Notes: generated by a model from the letters alone, not told the origin. DNA of 32,000 nt from Vibrio alginolyticus NBRC 15630 = ATCC 17749 (GCF_000354175.2 NC_022349.1:3302468-3334467), one strand, 5' to 3'. Numbered from the stretch's first letter, positions 8,596 to 17,817 are shown. Translations and numbers: made by a program.

Positions 8596-9408
8596 ATGTC
8601 TACCGAGGGCTTTTCTGTTTCGGAAATATGCCGAGAAGCGGCAGTGATGGTCAGAAGGAATCTACTCGCAATTGTTATTGCTTGTATTCCGTTGATTATC
8701 GTGCACTCAATTTTTGCTTTTATGTATCCTGAAATGACGGGGCAAGATCAAGCGAACGTTCAAGAAGGCAATGTCGCAGGATTTTATTTCGTCACAATTA
8801 TTTTGTACCCACTTGTTGCCGCTATGGCGGCTGTGCGTGTGCATCGAATTTATTTAGCCGGCGATTACATGCACTCTGCGTTGGATGTATTTCGTTTGTC
8901 AGCTCGAGAATTCCGTTTCATAGGCTGGTGGATACTGTTTGGACTGATGATGATGCTCGTTATTGGTATCCCGATCTTTGTGTTGTCGTTTATCTACATT
9001 GCAGAAAGTGGTGAAGCCGACTTTGTTGCTATGGCTATTATCACAACGATTGCAAGCATTCCTGGCTATTGGGTAATGGCGCGATGGTCATTTGTGTTGC
9101 CAGCGACTGCAATGGATCATCAGCCGCGCAGTTTGCGTCGTTCGTGGAACCAGAGCAGAGCATACAACAAACAAGTATTCATTTTGATGGGACTAATTCC
9201 ATTGGGTGCGGGCTTGCTCAGTCAGCTGATCTTTAGCCACTTTACGAATCTCTTTATGTTGAGCTTCGTCGGTGTGGCCTATGGTATTTTTGGCGCGTAC
9301 CAGCTGGCATTGTTATCGTTGAGCTATAAAACGGTAGTGGATATCGAACGCGCTCGTTTTGATACGACATCACAGCCACCAAAAACGGGTGAAGAATTTT
9401 CCGCTTAA
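8596..9408 (+). CDS. Polytopic inner-membrane protein of unknown function
   Basis: 270 aa with about 6 hydrophobic helices (e.g. LLAIVIACIPLIIVHSIFAF, FIGWWILFGLMMMLVIGIPIFVLSFIYI). The SD is good (AGGA, 7 nt before the ATG). I recognise no catalytic motif. Confidence 0.6.
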   Translation: MSTEGFSVSEICREAAVMVRRNLLAIVIACIPLIIVHSIFAFMYPEMTGQDQANVQEGNVAGFYFVTIILYPLVAAMAAVRVHRIYLAGDYMHSALDVFRLSAREFRFIGWWILFGLMMMLVIGIPIFVLSFIYIAESGEADFVAMAIITTIASIPGYWVMARWSFVLPATAMDHQPRSLRRSWNQSRAYNKQVFILMGLIPLGAGLLSQLIFSHFTNLFMLSFVGVAYGIFGAYQLALLSLSYKTVVDIERARFDTTSQPPKTGEEFSA

Positions 9409-9453
9409 CCCTTTGATCGTTTTTACATGCTACCTCTGTTTAGGAGACGGTCT

Positions 9454-9479
9454 GCGGCAGGTTGATACCTTCCTGCCGC
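9454..9479. other. GC-rich hairpin between the membrane-protein gene and selO
   Basis: GCGGCAGG (9454-9461) pairs with CCTGCCGC (9472-9479) around a 10-nt loop. There is no T-run on either strand. Confidence 0.35.
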
Positions 9480-9584
9480 CTTCGCGTTATTCACGCAAAA
9501 TACCCATGCCCATTTCATGGCTGAATGACAGGGACATTCACACGTATACTCACAACAGTACTTCTTTTTATTAAGGAACCCTAC

Positions 9585-11054
9585 ATGTCCATTTGGCAAC
9601 GGGTCAATTTCACCCATCGCTTTAGTCAATTACCGTCAGCGTTCTATACGTTGGTCGAGCCACAACCCTTGGACAACACTCGCTGGGTCGCTTGGAATGG
9701 TGAGTTTGCACAGCAGTTTGGTTTACCAGAAGAGCAAAACGATGAGTTATTGGCGGTTTTTTCTGGGCTTAGTGAATTCGAACAATTTCGTCCTCTTGCG
9801 ATGAAGTATGCAGGCCATCAGTTTGGCGTTTACAACCCAGATTTGGGCGATGGACGTGGATTACTGTTGGCAGAAATTGAGCATCAGGATGGTACTTGGT
9901 TTGATCTTCACCTCAAAGGTGCAGGGCTAACGCCTTACTCGCGAATGGGAGATGGGCGAGCGGTATTACGCTCAACTATCCGTGAGTACCTGTGCAGTGA
10001 AGCCATGGCGGGCCTTGGGGTTCCCACGACACGTGCTCTCGGTATGATGGTCAGTGATACACCTGTTTATCGAGAAAAAACGGAATCGGGCGCTTTGTTA
10101 CTTCGAATGGCTGAAACCCATGTTCGATTCGGTCACTTTGAGCATTTCTTTTACACCAACCAGTTAGCAGAGCAGAAGCTGTTGGCGGATAAGGTGATTG
10201 AGTGGCACTTTGCTGATTGTGCATCGGCGGAGAAACCATATGCCGCGATGTTTGACGCCATCGTGACTAAAACAGCCGAGATGATCGCATATTGGCAAGC
10301 TTTTGGTTTTGCGCATGGTGTGATGAATACCGATAACATGTCAATTCTTGGGCAAACTTTTGATTATGGTCCGTTTGGCTTTCTTGATGATTATGAGCCG
10401 GGATACATTTGTAATCATTCAGACTACCAGGGTCGTTACGCATTTGATCAACAGCCTAGAATTGCGCTTTGGAACCTGTCAGCACTGGCGCATGCGCTAT
10501 CGTCACTCGTTGAACGAGAAGATTTAGAATCGTCGTTGAGTCAATTTGAAGTTCATTTAAGCCAGCAGTTCAGCCGCCTCATGCGTGAGAAGTTGGGCTT
10601 AAAAACTAAGATAGCGGAAGACGGGCGTTTGTTTGAAGCTATGTTTGAGCTTCTTCACCAGAACAAAACGGACTACACTCGCTTCTTCAGAACACTTTCA
10701 AACCTTGATAATGCGCCTTCCCAAGCCGTAATCGATTTATTTCTCGACCGAGAAGCAGCGCGAGCTTGGCTTGAGCTGTATTTAGCTCGGTGTGAGCTAG
10801 AGGTTGATGAACTAGGGGGCCTGATTTCAACCGAACAGCGTTGCAAACAGATGCGTCAAGCCAATCCCAAATACATCTTGCGTAACTACTTGGCTCAGTT
10901 GGCGATTGATAAAGCGGAAGAAGGGGACTTTAGCGAATTACACCGATTGTCCGAACTGTTAAAACGCCCATTTGATGAGCAACCCGAGTTTGATGATTAC
11001 GCGAAATTGCCACCGGAATGGGGGAAGAAAATGGAGATAAGCTGTTCTTCATAA
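9585..11054 (+). CDS. selO: Protein adenylyltransferase SelO (YdiU family pseudokinase-fold AMPylase/UMPylase)
   Basis: The sequence is collinear with the YdiU/SelO family (FYTLVEPQP..., [51 protein letters not shown]). I place the start at ATG 9585 (MSIWQRV...) because of the AAGGA SD at 9573-9577. The ORF-track start at 9525 has no SD. Confidence 0.88.
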   Translation: MSIWQRVNFTHRFSQLPSAFYTLVEPQPLDNTRWVAWNGEFAQQFGLPEEQNDELLAVFSGLSEFEQFRPLAMKYAGHQFGVYNPDLGDGRGLLLAEIEHQDGTWFDLHLKGAGLTPYSRMGDGRAVLRSTIREYLCSEAMAGLGVPTTRALGMMVSDTPVYREKTESGALLLRMAETHVRFGHFEHFFYTNQLAEQKLLADKVIEWHFADCASAEKPYAAMFDAIVTKTAEMIAYWQAFGFAHGVMNTDNMSILGQTFDYGPFGFLDDYEPGYICNHSDYQGRYAFDQQPRIALWNLSALAHALSSLVEREDLESSLSQFEVHLSQQFSRLMREKLGLKTKIAEDGRLFEAMFELLHQNKTDYTRFFRTLSNLDNAPSQAVIDLFLDREAARAWLELYLARCELEVDELGGLISTEQRCKQMRQANPKYILRNYLAQLAIDKAEEGDFSELHRLSELLKRPFDEQPEFDDYAKLPPEWGKKMEISCSS

Positions 11055-11168
11055 ATGGGTCATTTCCCACCCATTTGTATCTTGTTCTTGGGTGGAATTC
11101 ACTCGTTACACTTCTGATTCATGTTAATGGGCTTTGTTAATTTATTGAAATGAATATAAATTTTAACA

Positions 11169-11184
11169 TGGTCCATTAATTGCT
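11169..11184 (+). promoter_or_regulatory. Sigma-54 (-24/-12) promoter of dctPQM
   Basis: TGGTCCATTAATTGCT has GG and GC at the canonical spacing of TGGCAC-N5-TTGCW. It lies 83 nt upstream of the dctP ATG. A sigma-54 activator (dctD) is encoded in the same locus. Confidence 0.65.
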
Positions 11185-11266
11185 CTTTGTTGAACATCCG
11201 TACCCATCGCCTAACACCTAGTTACTCATGGACGGGATGGGATGTGATTCAACAAGGAGAATAATA

Positions 11267-12265
11267 ATGTTTAAGCCTCTAACTCTACTATCTGTCTCTG
11301 CACTTGCTGTTACCAGTTTTAATGCTGCCGCAAATTGTGACCCGGGTGAAACGGTCATCAAGTTTAGCCATGTAACGAACGCGGACAAACACCCTAAAGG
11401 CATCGCGGCTTCGTTACTTGAAAAGCGCGTCAACGAAGAGATGAACGGTAAAGTCTGTATGCAGGTGTTTCCTAACTCAACACTTTATGATGATGACAAA
11501 GTGTTGGAAGCGCTACTGAATGGTGATGTTCAACTCGCTGCTCCTTCTCTTTCTAAGTTTGAGAAATTCACCAAGAAGTACCGCCTTTTCGATCTTCCTT
11601 TCTTGTTCGATGATGTCGACGCGGTTGACCGTTTCCAAAACTCGGAAGCGGGTGAAAAGCTGAAAAATTCAATGAAACGTCGTGGCCTACAAGGCATTGC
11701 GTTTTGGCATAACGGCATGAAGCAAATGTCAGCCAACAAGCCGCTCATTTCTCCAACTGATGCTGAAGGACTTAAGTTCCGTGTTCAAGCGTCTGATGTA
11801 CTCGTTGCTCAGTTTGAGCAGCTAGGTGCTAACCCACAAAAAATGTCGTTCAAAGAAGTTTACGGCGGCTTGCAAACTAAGGTTATTGATGGTCAAGAAA
11901 ATACTTGGTCAAACATTTACGGCAAAAAATTCTTCGAAGTTCAAGATGGCATTACGGAAACGAACCACGGAATTCTGGATTACTTAGTTGTGACGTCAAA
12001 CGACTTCTGGAAAAACCTACCAGATGATCAGCGCGAGCAGTTAAATACCATTATTCAAGAGGTAACTGCGCAGCGTAATGCTGAGTCAACCAAAGTAAAC
12101 CTTGCGAATAAGAACAATATCATCGAAGCCGGTGGTGTGGTTCGTACTCTAACGCCAGAACAGCGCCAAGAGTGGGTCACTGCACTTCAACCAGTATGGA
12201 AGAAGTTCGAAAAAGACATTGGTTCTGACCTAATCGAAGCCGCTTTGGCGTCTAACCAAAAATAA
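11267..12265 (+). CDS. dctP: TRAP transporter substrate-binding protein DctP (C4-dicarboxylate)
   Basis: The start is chosen at ATG 11267 (MFKPLTLLSVSALAVTSFNAAA is a signal peptide) with an AAGGAGA SD at 11252-11258. DctP-family sequence is present (IKFSHVTNADKHPKG...FDLPFLF...FWHNGMKQM). The gene is followed by dctQ and dctM. Confidence 0.9.
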   Translation: MFKPLTLLSVSALAVTSFNAAANCDPGETVIKFSHVTNADKHPKGIAASLLEKRVNEEMNGKVCMQVFPNSTLYDDDKVLEALLNGDVQLAAPSLSKFEKFTKKYRLFDLPFLFDDVDAVDRFQNSEAGEKLKNSMKRRGLQGIAFWHNGMKQMSANKPLISPTDAEGLKFRVQASDVLVAQFEQLGANPQKMSFKEVYGGLQTKVIDGQENTWSNIYGKKFFEVQDGITETNHGILDYLVVTSNDFWKNLPDDQREQLNTIIQEVTAQRNAESTKVNLANKNNIIEAGGVVRTLTPEQRQEWVTALQPVWKKFEKDIGSDLIEAALASNQK

Positions 12266-12282
12266 TAACAGCTAGCACATTT

Positions 12283-12314
12283 AGCCCTCTCAAACTGAGG
12301 GGGCTCTTTCCCCC
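12283..12314 (+). other. Intercistronic stem-loop(s) between dctP and dctQ
   Basis: AGCCCTC (12283-12289) pairs with GAGGGGGCT (12297-12305). Overlapping this, GGGGG (12299-12303) pairs with CCCCC (12310-12314). The two structures cannot form at the same time. Confidence 0.5.
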
Positions 12315-12335
12315 TACAGACGACGTGATGTAATT

Positions 12336-13010
12336 ATGGAACAGACTTTTTTTGCCAAGGCTGGACGAATCACCGATGCCATTGAAGAGACTTTGATTGC
12401 TTTCTTCTTGGGTGCCATGACCTTGCTGACCTTTGCCAATGTCATCTTTCGTTATGTCTTTAACGACAATATTCTTTGGGCGCTTGAGCTCACCGTTTTC
12501 ATGTTCGCATGGATGGTGTTGGTTGGCGCATCTTATGGTGTGAAAAAACACTTTCATATTGGTGTCGATGTCATTATTAACATCGTTCCGGAAGGTAAAC
12601 GAAAAGCCCTGGCGCTTTTTGCAGCAATGTGTTGCTTAGCCTTCTCTATTTTGCTGTTAATTGGCGCTTGGAACTACTGGTATCCGTTCGCTACCGACCG
12701 AGCGTGGTATGAAACGGACGATATTCCGATGCCTGAAATACTCCAGTTCATGGCCGACTGGTTAAATGAGGGAGAGCGTTATGAAAAGCTGCCACGTTTT
12801 ATTCCTTACTTCGCTTTGCCACTTGGAATGGCGCTACTAACGTTTAGATTTGTTCAAGTCACGTGGCAAATCGCTACTGGTAAGCTCGATCGCTTGATTG
12901 CAGGACATGAAGCGGAGGAAGAGCTCGAATCTCTTAAAGCTGAGATGAGTGACGCTGAAGACGTAATGGCTCCAAAGGCCTCGCAAGACGCTAAAAACAA
13001 GGAGCAATAA
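12336..13010 (+). CDS. dctQ: TRAP transporter small permease DctQ
   Basis: 224 aa with 4 predicted TM helices, located between dctP and dctM. It has an acidic/basic C-terminal tail. Confidence 0.85.
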   Translation: MEQTFFAKAGRITDAIEETLIAFFLGAMTLLTFANVIFRYVFNDNILWALELTVFMFAWMVLVGASYGVKKHFHIGVDVIINIVPEGKRKALALFAAMCCLAFSILLLIGAWNYWYPFATDRAWYETDDIPMPEILQFMADWLNEGERYEKLPRFIPYFALPLGMALLTFRFVQVTWQIATGKLDRLIAGHEAEEELESLKAEMSDAEDVMAPKASQDAKNKEQ

Positions 13011-13013
13011 GCC

Positions 13014-14375
13014 ATGGATATCTTATTTCTATTTTTGATGGTAATTGGCTTTATGCTGGTTGGCGTGCCAATTGCTATTTCGCTGGGCCTTTCCAGTGTT
13101 CTTTTCCTTTTAATGCATTCGGATGCCTCTTTAGCGTCAGTTGCTCAAACGCTGTTTAATGCATTCGCGGGCCACTACACGCTATTGGCTATTCCATTCT
13201 TTATATTGGCTTCAAGCTTTATGTCGACGGGTGGCGTAGCAAAGCGGATCATTCGTTTCGCCATTGCCATTGTAGGCTGGTTCCGCGGCGGTTTGGCGAT
13301 GGCTTCGGTTGTAGCGTGTATGATGTTTGCCGCGTTGTCAGGTTCCTCACCTGCAACGGTTGTTGCCATAGGTAGTATTGTTATCGCAGGTATGATCAAA
13401 AACGGTTACTCAAAAGAGTTTGCCTCTGGGGTAATTTGTAACGCAGGTACGCTAGGGATTTTGATCCCACCTTCGATTGTGATGGTGGTGTATGCAGCCG
13501 CAACGGATGTGTCAGTTGGACGTATGTTCCTTGGTGGTGTGATTCCCGGTTTGCTGGCGGGTGTCATGTTGATGATCGCGATTTACATTGCCGCGAGAAT
13601 CAAGAACCTTCCAAAGCAACCTTTTGTCGGTTGGAAAGAAACTTTTGATGCCGCCAAGGATGCAAGCTGGGGCTTGTTGTTGGTCGTCATCATTCTTGGT
13701 GGTATCTATGGCGGTATCTTTACGCCGACAGAAGCCGCTGCGGTTGCTGCTGTGTACTCATTCTTTATTGCTAACTTTGTATACAAAGACATGGGGCCAT
13801 TTGCAGACAAGAAAAACACTAAACCTGCGCTCGTTAAAATCTTCCAAACCTTTGTTCATAAAGACACGAAACACACCCTGTATGAAGCGGGCAAACTCAC
13901 CATCATGCTGCTGTTCATCATTGCTAATGCCTTAATTTTGAAGCATGTTTTAACGGAAGAACGCATCCCGCAAATGATCACCGAGTCGATGCTCTCGGCT
14001 GGTCTCGGACCAATCACTTTTTTGATTGTGGTGAACGTCTTGTTGCTGATTGGTGGTCAGTTCATGGAGCCATCAGGCTTGTTGATCATTGTTGCGCCGC
14101 TCGTGTTCCCAATTGCGATTGCATTAGGTATAGACCCAATTCATTTGGGCATAATGATGGTGGTGAATATGGAGATAGGAATGATAACGCCGCCCGTGGG
14201 TCTTAACTTATTTGTGACCGCTGGTGTTGCCAAAATGTCGATGATGAACGTAGTGAAGGCAGCATTACCCTGGGTTGGAGTGATGTTCTTGTTCCTAATT
14301 ATCGTCACATATGTACCATGGGTTTCGACTTGGTTGCCTACTACCTTGATGGGGCCGGAGATCATTACCAAGTAA
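13014..14375 (+). CDS. dctM: TRAP transporter large permease DctM
   Basis: 453-aa, ~12-TM protein that starts 3 nt after the dctQ stop, with a GGAG SD inside the dctQ 3' end. DctM-family motifs are present (ALSGSSPATV, NMEIGMITPPVGLNLF). Confidence 0.9.
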   Translation: MDILFLFLMVIGFMLVGVPIAISLGLSSVLFLLMHSDASLASVAQTLFNAFAGHYTLLAIPFFILASSFMSTGGVAKRIIRFAIAIVGWFRGGLAMASVVACMMFAALSGSSPATVVAIGSIVIAGMIKNGYSKEFASGVICNAGTLGILIPPSIVMVVYAAATDVSVGRMFLGGVIPGLLAGVMLMIAIYIAARIKNLPKQPFVGWKETFDAAKDASWGLLLVVIILGGIYGGIFTPTEAAAVAAVYSFFIANFVYKDMGPFADKKNTKPALVKIFQTFVHKDTKHTLYEAGKLTIMLLFIIANALILKHVLTEERIPQMITESMLSAGLGPITFLIVVNVLLLIGGQFMEPSGLLIIVAPLVFPIAIALGIDPIHLGIMMVVNMEIGMITPPVGLNLFVTAGVAKMSMMNVVKAALPWVGVMFLFLIIVTYVPWVSTWLPTTLMGPEIITK

Positions 14376-14393
14376 TGGAAGCCAGAAAGTAGA

Positions 14394-14419
14394 AAGAGGT
14401 GTGAGAATTCACACCTCTT
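14394..14419. terminator. Bidirectional hairpin terminator shared by dctM (+) and the dctBD/small-ORF transcript (-)
   Basis: An 11-bp stem forms between AAGAGGTGTGA (14394-14404) and TCACACCTCTT (14409-14419), with loop GAAT. The minus strand has the more T-rich trailing sequence (TTTCTACTTTCT). Confidence 0.7.
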
Positions 14420-14606
14420 CGTCTATTGACTTGTAACAAGTTTTGCGCGGGTCTGAATTAATTCGACGTTCATAGTGTCGCCACCTCTTTTTATTTTTAC
14501 GACGCTCTTCACCGAATCTTCTCTCTTCTTGATAGCAACCGTCTACGAGCACGGTATCTGTAACAATCGGTATTCTCACTTTTTCGTTCATATCTATAAC
14601 AACCAT
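14409..14606 (-). CDS. Hypothetical small basic protein (65 aa); coding status uncertain
   Basis: The ORF lies 63 nt downstream of dctD on the same strand. Its product is Arg/Lys-rich (EERRFGEERRKNKKRWRHYERRINSDPRK). The SD is weak, rare codons (ATA, AGA, AGG, CGA) are used, and the stop codon lies inside the terminator stem. Confidence 0.25.
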   Translation of the reverse strand: MVVIDMNEKVRIPIVTDTVLVDGCYQEERRFGEERRKNKKRWRHYERRINSDPRKTCYKSIDEEV

Positions 14607-14669
14607 GATAAACCCGTTGTTAAAAATTATGATTCAAGTTGAATATAATGCCAGCTATTTGAACGTGTT

Positions 14670-16007
14670 TTATTTGTAAAGGTCTTTATTTATTTGGTAG
14701 CGCTGCATCTTGTCGTAAAGGGTTTTTCTTGGCACATTCAATTGGCACATTGTCTGTTTAATACTACCGTTGTTTTCTAATAAAGCGCCTTCAATGGCTG
14801 CTCTCTCAAACTCCGCCACTTGCTCTGCAAGGCTTGAGGAAGACTTAGCGACTGGGTTTGATTCTCCCAACTGAATTAACTTACCCAATAGCACAAAACG
14901 CTCTGCAGCATTTCTGAGTTCTCGAACATTGCCAGGCCAGTCATGGCTCATCAGTTGCGCTAGATCTTGGGGTGACAAGCTAGGTGAGCTTTTGCCATAA
15001 CGTGAAGCTGCTACCAACAGAAAGTGGTGAAAGAGGGCTGGAATGTCTTCTTTTCGTTCGCGTAGTGGCGGGAGATCCAAGGTCACGACATTGAGCCGAT
15101 AATAGAGATCCTGACGGAAAGTACCTTCTTCAGCTGCGTGTTTTAAATCGACCTTTGTTGCGGCAATCACTCGAATATCTAAAGGCAATAATTCATTTGA
15201 ACCGACACGCTCAATCACGCGCTCTTGTAATACCCTCAATAAACGAATTTGGGCTTGGATAGGCATCGACTCGATCTCATCCAAGAAAAGTGTGCCGCCT
15301 TGTGCAAACTCAAATTTACCGATACGACGGCTTTCGGCGCCAGTGAATGCGCCTTTTTCATGGCCGTAGAGTTCACTCTCAATTAAGTTCTCTGGAACCG
15401 CTCCACAATTTACGGCGACAAAGTTTTGGTTCCGGCGAGAGCTTTGCTCATGTAAAGAACGAGCGATTAACTCTTTCCCTGTACCGGTTTCACCAAACAA
15501 TAAAATATCGGCGTCGGTATCGGCGATTTGGGTGATGGTCTCTCGTAATATTTGGATGCTAGAGGTTTCACCAATAACTCGTGGACCAAGGGTTTTACTG
15601 GCTTTAAGTGACAGGCGCAGTTTTTCATTTTCATTGGTTAGTTTGCGCTTCTCAATCGCCCGCTTAACCGTTTCAACCAAATGCTCTGGCGCAAAAGGTT
15701 TCTCAATAAAGTCGTAAGCGCCTTGATGAAGGGCTTGCACTGCCATGGAAATATCACCGTGTCCAGTGATCATGATGACGGGTAAGTTTGCATCGCGTTG
15801 AGTCAAAGTTGTTAGCATATCCATACCAGAAATGCCCGGTAAACAGATATCAGTGACCACGACGCCAGCTTCTTCTCCTTGCTGCATCGCTATTAAAGCC
15901 GATTCTGCATCCACAAAAAACTTGGCGTCGATATCCGCAAGTTCAAAGGTCTGTTCTATAGCGAGTCTGAGATCGGCCTCATCATCAATAAAAAACACCT
16001 GACACAT
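14670..16007 (-). CDS. dctD: Sigma-54-dependent response regulator DctD (REC + AAA+ + Fis-type HTH)
   Basis: The start is chosen at ATG 16007 (MCQVFFIDDE...), 4 nt after the dctB stop, with an AAGGA SD. The protein has a REC domain, Walker A GETGTGKE, the GAFTGA loop (EKGAFTGAES) and a C-terminal HTH (NVPRKTLYDKMQRYQI). The ORF-track start at 16109 would overlap dctB by about 100 nt. Confidence 0.9.
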   Translation of the reverse strand: MCQVFFIDDEADLRLAIEQTFELADIDAKFFVDAESALIAMQQGEEAGVVVTDICLPGISGMDMLTTLTQRDANLPVIMITGHGDISMAVQALHQGAYDFIEKPFAPEHLVETVKRAIEKRKLTNENEKLRLSLKASKTLGPRVIGETSSIQILRETITQIADTDADILLFGETGTGKELIARSLHEQSSRRNQNFVAVNCGAVPENLIESELYGHEKGAFTGAESRRIGKFEFAQGGTLFLDEIESMPIQAQIRLLRVLQERVIERVGSNELLPLDIRVIAATKVDLKHAAEEGTFRQDLYYRLNVVTLDLPPLRERKEDIPALFHHFLLVAASRYGKSSPSLSPQDLAQLMSHDWPGNVRELRNAAERFVLLGKLIQLGESNPVAKSSSSLAEQVAEFERAAIEGALLENNGSIKQTMCQLNVPRKTLYDKMQRYQINKDLYK

Positions 16008-16011
16008 GATC

Positions 16012-17817
16012 TTATCCTTTTGATGGTTCAGTGTTGTAAGAAGTGATAGGTAAACACAATGAGAATCGAGCGCCGCCTTGTTCTCGATTATGGGCACATA
16101 ATTTTCCATTCATACTGGCTAAGATTTGTTGCGAGATAGAGAGACCCAAACCTAAACCGTTCAGTTTAGTGGTTAGAAACGGCTCACATAAATCAGAAAG
16201 TGAGAAAGAGCCAAGTCCTGGGCCATTATCATCAACATGAATCCAAACTAAATCAGTGTGCTCATCGTGTTCTACAGATAATTCTACCTGTTTGTCTTGT
16301 TGTTCTTTGAGTGCTTCTATCGCATTAGTCAGTAAATTGACCAACACTTGCTCCAGTTGAATAATATTGATCTGCACTTCAACATCATGCTCTGGCAAAT
16401 TTGTTTCTAACGTGACGCGCCCTGATTTAAATGCGGGCTTCATCAGTTCTTTTACAGAGGCTATCACAGGGAACAATCGAGATTGAGCCAACTCGTCACC
16501 ACTGGTTTTTTTGGCGAAAGAGCGAAGTTGCTGACTGATATTTGCCATACGGTCAGTGAGAGCAGAAATGCGAGTGAGATTATCTTCCACTCGCTCATAT
16601 TTTTCTTTTTTTAGAAACAGCTTGCCGTTCTCCGCAAAGCTACGAATTGCTGCAAGTGGATTATTCAGTTCATGGCTGATACTGGCCGACATTTGTCCTA
16701 ACACCGCGAGTTTCGCTGCTTGCACCAATTCATCTTGAGTAACGCGTAAAGTTTGCTCGGTATCGATACGCTGTGCGATCTCCGCTTGCAACTCGGCAGT
16801 CCGTGCCATGACTTGATATTCCAACTTTTGATTTGCTTCTTGTTGAATTCGTTCAAGTTGCAAGTGACGCTGTTGACGGTGATAGATAAGCTGACCAATT
16901 AAAAACAAAACCATGAATGCTAGAGTGAGTACAAAGATGTAACCCATGGTGAACCAAACGATCGACTGTTTAGGAGACAGCACACGAATTGTCAGTTTGA
17001 GTTCGGGAAGGGGCAGCGAAGAGACCACCAAGGTTCCTTTATTGTATGGGTAACCCTGTTTAAGCTCAGAATGCACCTCGTCCAAACTACCCACTAATCC
17101 AAGCGTTTCAATTGGCGCATCAAGATATTGTTGGCTTGCCCAAACTTGCTTTTTCTCTTTTTTTGTCAGTGGTTGTAAGCTTTTGAGTAGCCATTCACTT
17201 CGGCTACTCATGAAAACAATTCCGTATGGGTCGCTGGCGACAAAAACACTGTTTGGTTGCTGCCAGTTGTCCTCTATCTTACTTAGGTCCATCTTCACCA
17301 CGACGACACCAAGTACACCGCCAGCGTATATGATGGGATAAGAATAGTAGTAGCCACGTTTACCAGATGTTGAGCCCAGTGCGTAGTATTGGCTTCTTTT
17401 GCCTACAATGGCTTGTTTGAAATAAGGGCGAAATGCAAAATTTCGCCCGATAAAGGAGCGCTGTTTACGCCAGTTGCTGGCCGCGATCGTTGTACCCCAT
17501 TGATCGATTAAGTACGTATCCGCTGCTTCAATCACGCCATTAACGGATTCTAAATACCGATTAGTGATTTCCAGTTGCGCACTGTTGTTGGGGTGCAGAA
17601 GCGCTTGATAAAGTGGATCATCTTTAGCGAGAAGATTTGGGATATGGGCGTACTTATCGAGTTTATTTTTTATATGGCCAGAAAATTGCTCAAGCTGTGA
17701 TTGGTGTTTATCAAGTAGAGATTGATAACTGGTCTGCCAAACCCAATGGCCACCGATAATTGCGCACAGGAAATAGAAAGCAAAAAATGTCAGCAGAATC
17801 CGTTTTTTTTGCGACAT
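16012..17817 (-). CDS. dctB: C4-dicarboxylate sensor histidine kinase DctB (periplasmic Cache-like sensor, HisKA, HATPase)
   Basis: 601 aa with two TM segments flanking a ~270-aa periplasmic domain. It has the H-box SASISHELNNPLAAI and a G-box region (DDNGPGL...GLGLGLSIS). The SD (AAGGAG) is strong. Confidence 0.88.
   Translation of the reverse strand: MSQKKRILLTFFAFYFLCAIIGGHWVWQTSYQSLLDKHQSQLEQFSGHIKNKLDKYAHIPNLLAKDDPLYQALLHPNNSAQLEITNRYLESVNGVIEAADTYLIDQWGTTIAASNWRKQRSFIGRNFAFRPYFKQAIVGKRSQYYALGSTSGKRGYYYSYPIIYAGGVLGVVVVKMDLSKIEDNWQQPNSVFVASDPYGIVFMSSRSEWLLKSLQPLTKKEKKQVWASQQYLDAPIETLGLVGSLDEVHSELKQGYPYNKGTLVVSSLPLPELKLTIRVLSPKQSIVWFTMGYIFVLTLAFMVLFLIGQLIYHRQQRHLQLERIQQEANQKLEYQVMARTAELQAEIAQRIDTEQTLRVTQDELVQAAKLAVLGQMSASISHELNNPLAAIRSFAENGKLFLKKEKYERVEDNLTRISALTDRMANISQQLRSFAKKTSGDELAQSRLFPVIASVKELMKPAFKSGRVTLETNLPEHDVEVQINIIQLEQVLVNLLTNAIEALKEQQDKQVELSVEHDEHTDLVWIHVDDNGPGLGSFSLSDLCEPFLTTKLNGLGLGLSISQQILASMNGKLCAHNREQGGARFSLCLPITSYNTEPSKG

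Noticed and set aside
8487-8732. 81-aa plus-strand ORF overlapping the start of the membrane-protein gene. Also the 71-aa (9359-9574, +) and 68-aa (9423-9629, -) ORFs in the selO upstream spacer.
   Set aside because: They have no SD, they overlap better-supported genes or the GC-rich hairpin, and their translations look like random sequence.
9525-9584. N-terminal extensions offered by the ORF track for selO (9525), dctP (11228), dctD (16109), comEA (26859), yfbR (30514) and the DTW gene (27878).
   Set aside because: In each case an internal start has a proper SD. That start also restores the expected N-terminus: a signal peptide, the family N-terminus, or tight coupling to the upstream gene. 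The extensions lack an SD and would overlap neighbouring genes or encode non-conserved-looking residues.
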